A DNA stretch of 64,000 nt. It comes from Antedon mediterranea (taxonomy: Eukaryota; Animalia; Echinodermata). The notes under the pieces are model-generated. The model saw only the letters and a list, made by a program, of their open reading frames with translations, was not told where the DNA came from and did not search any database. Where the stretch lies: the NCBI RefSeq assembly GCF_964355755.1, contig NC_092671.1, forward strand, positions 15,429,742-15,493,741. The letters run 5' to 3'. Shown piece after piece: positions 58,851 to 64,000 of the stretch. A program made the position numbers and the translations under genes. How positions within the stretch are numbered: the first letter of the stretch is position 1; every line of letters begins with the position of its first letter.

Positions 58851-59827
58851 AATAATAACAATTAACAGTTTATTATATAACAATCTTCGTTTCTTTCTCA
58901 TGACGATCAAAGCATATTGATCGAAACGTCGAGAAACTCAACAGTTCCTTTTCAGAACTAACATACGTAGTGTATCACAAATTTCAATCTTCGTTCCATA
59001 TTTTGTTCATTTTCTTCTTATTTCGATTTTACCTCTTCATTTAGAACTCGTCATGTTCATGATTTTATTCGTTTACTACTATAGCACAATTTATTAATTC
59101 TCTGTCATCGTTGCGTACATAACTTTAATACTTGTACATATTATTTCAATCAAGATTATCTCCGAGTGTGTATATAAAAAAGGCGGATTGCTTGCCTCTC
59201 TCATGGTTCGATTTTTTTATTGTCAACATCTGTCACTAAAATATATAAGAATTCCAATGTTTAATATGTATATTTGTCAGCGTAGACTGTGTGATAATCT
59301 GACTGGCTTTGATGTGTTTCAACTCTTCATTCATTTTTTTAATACTCTTTCTAGACTAGAATATTTTGTTTAAATAATATTCCAACAAAATGAATGATTA
59401 TTTCAATATGTACGTCTGTTCTTATTATGTCTTATGTTTCAACGTTGAATTTCTACGATAATATAGTCTACAGTAAGGCGTACGTTCATGATAATGTTGT
59501 CGTGCAGGAAAAAGAATATTATGATTTATTTGTAACTACAGTATATATTCAGAGAGATACCTTCCTGTTAAACCATGTATTAGCTAGCCTGCCTTCTGCG
59601 ATTACGCAATCGACAATAAATATAAAACAGGCTTTTACTAAAGTAATGGCGTTACCACAATACACTTAATAATAATAACAATAAAACATAATATTTTTAT
59701 GTACAGCAGTTATTAAGAATAAATAAAAATCAATGAATAAAAAAATCAATACTATTGAATGAAAAAAAAACTAATCGATGTAAAACGTCATCTATTTGTA
59801 ACTTAGTTTTAATGATGTAAGTATTTT

Positions 59828-60012
59828 GATCGCTTAAGCGTGGTTCCCACTAGCGACGCAACGCAAGGACGTAAAGCAACGCAAGTGAATTGACCAATCA
59901 CAACCGATGGCTTATTTGCTTGTGATTGCTAACTATCTATAACTTCGCTTGTCATTGGTTAAAACGCTTGCGTTGCGTTTACGTCCTTGCGTAAAGTGGG
60001 AACCAAGCTTTA
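59828..60012. repeat. Monomeric copy of the CCAAT/ATTGG palindromic foldback family
   Basis: aagcgtggttcccactagcgacgcaacgcaaggacgtaaagcaacgcaagtgaattgaccaatcacaaccgatggc...gcttgtcattggttaaaacgcttgcgttgcgtttacgtccttgcg...gggaaccaagcttt. Confidence 0.55.
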
Positions 60013-63000
60013 ATAATTTTATTAGATGCACGGTATATCTTAATAATAAGAAAATACTAACTTGAAATAAACCTCTGTTCACACACAATTCAAAATGTTT
60101 GTTATGTTTAGGAGATACAATAATGAATGAGGAAACGCGATATCATTGATTGACCGGCAAGAAATTGGTTACTGCTATCTTATTGAATATCTCATTGAAT
60201 ACTGGCAATTAATTTATTTGTTAATCTTAATTTTTATCAGAATTGTTGAATTAAGTTTGGAATTTAAATAAACTCTGTTAAGCATGTCTACTTCATAGAA
60301 TTATACAGCCGGGGGCTTACTGTTGTAGCGTTTTCATGGGTTATTAGGCTAACCATTTTAGTATGCGTGTTTTTAATTATCATTAATATAATATATATAG
60401 ATATATTATTAAATATTTCTATTTATTACCTGGCACCTCATTAATAATAGATATTTTGTTTTGGTATTACGTGTTTGCGTGCCTGTATGTTTACTAACGT
60501 TTACTTCACACACACACAGAGCTTGAGAAAAACGAATACCATTGTTCTGATCATCAACCGATTCCCTTTTTCCAAATTGACTCATTATTTAATGCCTTAG
60601 CTTGAATAGACATTGATAATAATGCAAGGAAATAAAATAATCCAAAAAAATGTTAAAAACACATTTAACAGATACACTAATTATTATGGGAGAAATAAGC
60701 AATGTGTCATGGCAAAACCTGTACAATGCATCTACGCCACCAGAGCGCGCTAGAAAACTAGCATGAAACCATCACAGAAAAATAACAAATTAATAATAAT
60801 TTTAATTATTTTCTCAGCTTGATGCTAAAAAACACGTTTCTACCTTAACACGAAACATGAAAACACACGCCGTCAAGACAAGTCGTGTGAATTAACGCTG
60901 TACGTGTTTTATGAATTTATGTAGAGGACTACAATACCGTATAATTGGAATTAACGTGTAGTGGTTATTGGCCATTACCTGCCGACATACTACAGCTTTA
61001 ATTAGCATTGAATTCGCCATCGTTCTAATTAACATTTAATTTTAAAGCAGAAAATACTAAAGTATTGCCGTTTTGTGATTGACGCGATAGTAACGCATTT
61101 AATTTAAGAAAGTAATGCGATATTATTACGATCGCATTTAATACCATGTTGTCTGAATAGTTTCTGTTCATTTATTTATATGTTTGGAACTGACTAATTA
61201 GGTATAATATAACGTTAACGATAAAATGATTCACCAGTCAATGTACTGTTACTTTTATTTAGAAATGATTCGGTCTAATTGTCTGTCTCTTCGAAACTGG
61301 TTATTGTTGCGTAAAACCAAATTTGTCACTAAACGACTCAATTCGGTGTCGACTTCGTTGAATAGAACAGTCCATCTTTAAGACATGTCTTTTATCCATG
61401 TAAGCCTATTTGTCTTCCTTTAACGACGACAGTTTTAACTGAAATAGTTTTCTGTTTGGTATATTCAATACCATCAGTACCGTCGGTCGCATCATAGTCT
61501 TTGATGTTCATTATATCAAATTCACTTCTAATTTCCTCATGAAAAGCAATCAATACATACATCTCTATAGTGACCTAGGCAACGAATAACCGTTGATTGA
61601 ACGGAACACTCGTATTAGTTTCCATGTATTAGTTTCGATCATTACACAAAAACGATACAGCATTTTATTGATGATCGTCGACCTGACGTCAGGGACAGCA
61701 TTTACGTGAGCCTAATTCATATCAGTGACTTGAGCCCCAGGCATAAATTTTCCATGAGGGTGTATAACATAACATTTCTAGCAATCAATTGTCTTAATGG
61801 AGACACTTGAACGTTATGTCCCCGTAGCTATAAAGCAAACATTCTCTTTGCTGCCCACGCTTTACGCAAACACGTAGATGATCGTCTGATTGCGTGTATA
61901 TCGCGATGTTGAGTATACACGTCAATGGTAACTTCAGAATGCTCATTTGAATGCAGTGTGTCTTCTGAAAAGTATATATTTTAAACTACTTCTTATATCA
62001 AGGAATTATTCATTTATCAACCTTCAACAGCTCTCGTCAGTAACACACCGAGAACCATAATCGTTGACGCGCTATCTGAACTTTACAGCGTTTGTGATAA
62101 CGCGTCAGTCGTTTGTGCAAACGCGTCATGTCACTGCAAATATTACTATAAATGTATGGTTTAATGATAGCTTATGGAACGTCTCTTTGAGATATTTTAA
62201 TTTTAAGAAACCGTTTCTCATGATATTTCCTACTTTCTTTTGGTCATACTAACTCCGTGCCAAAATTTGATGTTTATCGTCTCTCTATCTTCTCTTTAAT
62301 TTGCCCTTTTTTCTGCTCTAGTCTTCTATTTCCCATGACATTAATTCTGCTCTAGTTTATTGATTGCATTTATAGCTGGCAGTGCACTTCCTAAATCCAT
62401 CTTACATTAAAGATAATGTAATTTACTATTTATATTTTAACCTGTTAATTGCAACTGCGAAACGTTCGAGATGTAATCCTACTCTTCTATTGAACGTCAT
62501 ATATTACAAACTGATGTATTCTGTTATTATTATTTAAACTTAAAATTAATTTGTTCATTTTTAAAATATTATCACAATTAAGATGTAAAATATAGAATAC
62601 TGTTGTATATTACAATTTTTTAGGATGGATAAAAGAAAGAATTTTTGAATGAAAGCCAATGAGGGGTTTATAAGAAATGATTGTTTGCACTTTTTAGTAT
62701 TTAACATTTTACACAGAAGCGTAGGCATAAATTTAATATGTTGTTCAGAATTCACACGTACGAGCAGTACAAAGTACCCACATCATGTTAAATTCGTTTG
62801 TAACAACAACGATGGCCTGTCACAAGTGCATAACATACGCCGATCCAGTTTGTCACGTATTTATACCGTTATGCATTAGGCCATTCTATAAATTAGTAAA
62901 TAACTAGCGCCATCACAAATCTTAGCTTCAAGGCGTCACAAATCTTAGCTTCAAATCGCCTCGGAGAAAAGATCACTAATATTTCTTAAAATTAAGCATA

Positions 63001-64000
63001 AAAAGTCTTCCAGAAACGACTAAAATAGCTGTATAGAATAAAAACAATTCTGTATTTTCAAAGTAGATGATTAGATTTAAAAATAAATATTTAACGATAG
63101 TTTTTACCGAATAATAATTGTGCCTACATTGTTGGCCTACGCAATTCTCGGTTTACGAAAACCACGACTTAAAAAATCACATTATAAATAGATTCTTCAG
63201 AAGTATGATGACAAATTTCAATTACACATTAATACAGCTAAATTGCTTTTCAACTGAACGAAAATAACATTTCCTTATACTTTTGACATTGAAATCTTTT
63301 ATCCGCAAGTGATCAGAATGATAAATTAGTACCTGAGGATAATGTATTACAAATGTGTTGATGATGTTAATGCTTCAGTTTGACCTTTTAACAAACTTCC
63401 TCATGTTCATGCTACATAATAATAAAATAAAATAAATAAATAAATATGAATGAATGATAGCTTTCGGTTTTTTTATGAGAAGAGTACTACTCTTGTGATA
63501 AAAAAAACCCTGAAAGCTTTCCGATGTCTAGTAGACAGATATCGGAAAGCTTTCAGAAAGCAGAATTTGAAAGTTAGGGTTTTGTAAGAACAGTTTGAAG
63601 AACATATTGATGCAGATTTTATTTTTTAATCTGAGCACTAAAAATGCATCTTTATAGATCCTACGTGGTTTGTAGGTTTTTAAACTAATTGGTGTGTCTT
63701 TGTCTGTTCGTCGCAAACTGCGTCTGTATTTTGTATATCAAAATGCATCTTAACCATTTAATGTATACTAACGGTATGATACTCACCCTGTAAGTGAACG
63801 GTCGCAGGTTCGAATCCCGCCAGAGACAATTTTTCATTTCTAAAAAAAGTACGGAACTTTCGCCGATGAGCTATGCTCGACGCGATTATGAGATCATGTT
63901 CCGAATTTGAGCACTATATTTCTATATAATTTGACAGTATTATATATACAGTATAGTATTCATATATAACTTACTTTTATCTATTTTCAGATGCATCTGT

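Noticed and set aside
61397-61545. About 50-aa minus-strand ORF (MYVLIAFHEEIRSEFDIMNIKDYDATDGTDGIEYTKQK...)
   Set aside because: It has no recognisable homology, no convincing splice sites, and AT-rich surroundings. There is insufficient evidence for an exon.

Overview
This window is eukaryotic (metazoan) nuclear DNA, AT-rich and dense in transposons, with spliced multi-exon genes and no prokaryotic operon structure. I found no CRISPR, rRNA or bacterial-type system. Three protein-coding genes are recognisable from the exon translations. (1) Positions 1-15973, + strand: the 3' two-thirds (37 exons) of an axonemal dynein heavy chain gene of the inner-arm (DNAH3/7/12-like) type; its 5' end lies upstream of the window. 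(2) Positions 16974-20014 plus a putative ATG-only first exon near 22046, - strand: ribosomal protein L4 (RPL4). Five consecutive RPL4 introns each carry one copy of a U18-like C/D-box snoRNA whose guide is complementary to the universal LSU rRNA motif GAAACACGGACCA. (3) Positions 22989-41022, + strand: a 14-exon homologue of the kinetochore protein Zwilch, transcribed divergently from RPL4 through a bidirectional promoter of about 0.9 kb. The same head-to-head RPL4/ZWILCH arrangement exists at human 15q22.31. RPL4 intron 1 and the ZWILCH introns are heavily invaded by transposons. These include a piggyBac-like TTAA-flanked MITE nested inside another TIR element, an abundant palindromic MITE family, a tRNA-derived SINE family with an (AAT)n tail, a Penelope-like GIY-YIG fragment, and several foldback elements. 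The distal 23 kb (41-64 kb) is AT-rich and repeat-rich, with a 16-bp minisatellite, a 51-bp satellite array, duplicated 200-240 bp blocks and CCAAT/ATTGG palindromic foldbacks. The only coding signal there is a candidate signal-peptide first exon at 56034-56109. Exon coordinates were derived by hand and should be treated as accurate to a few bp.
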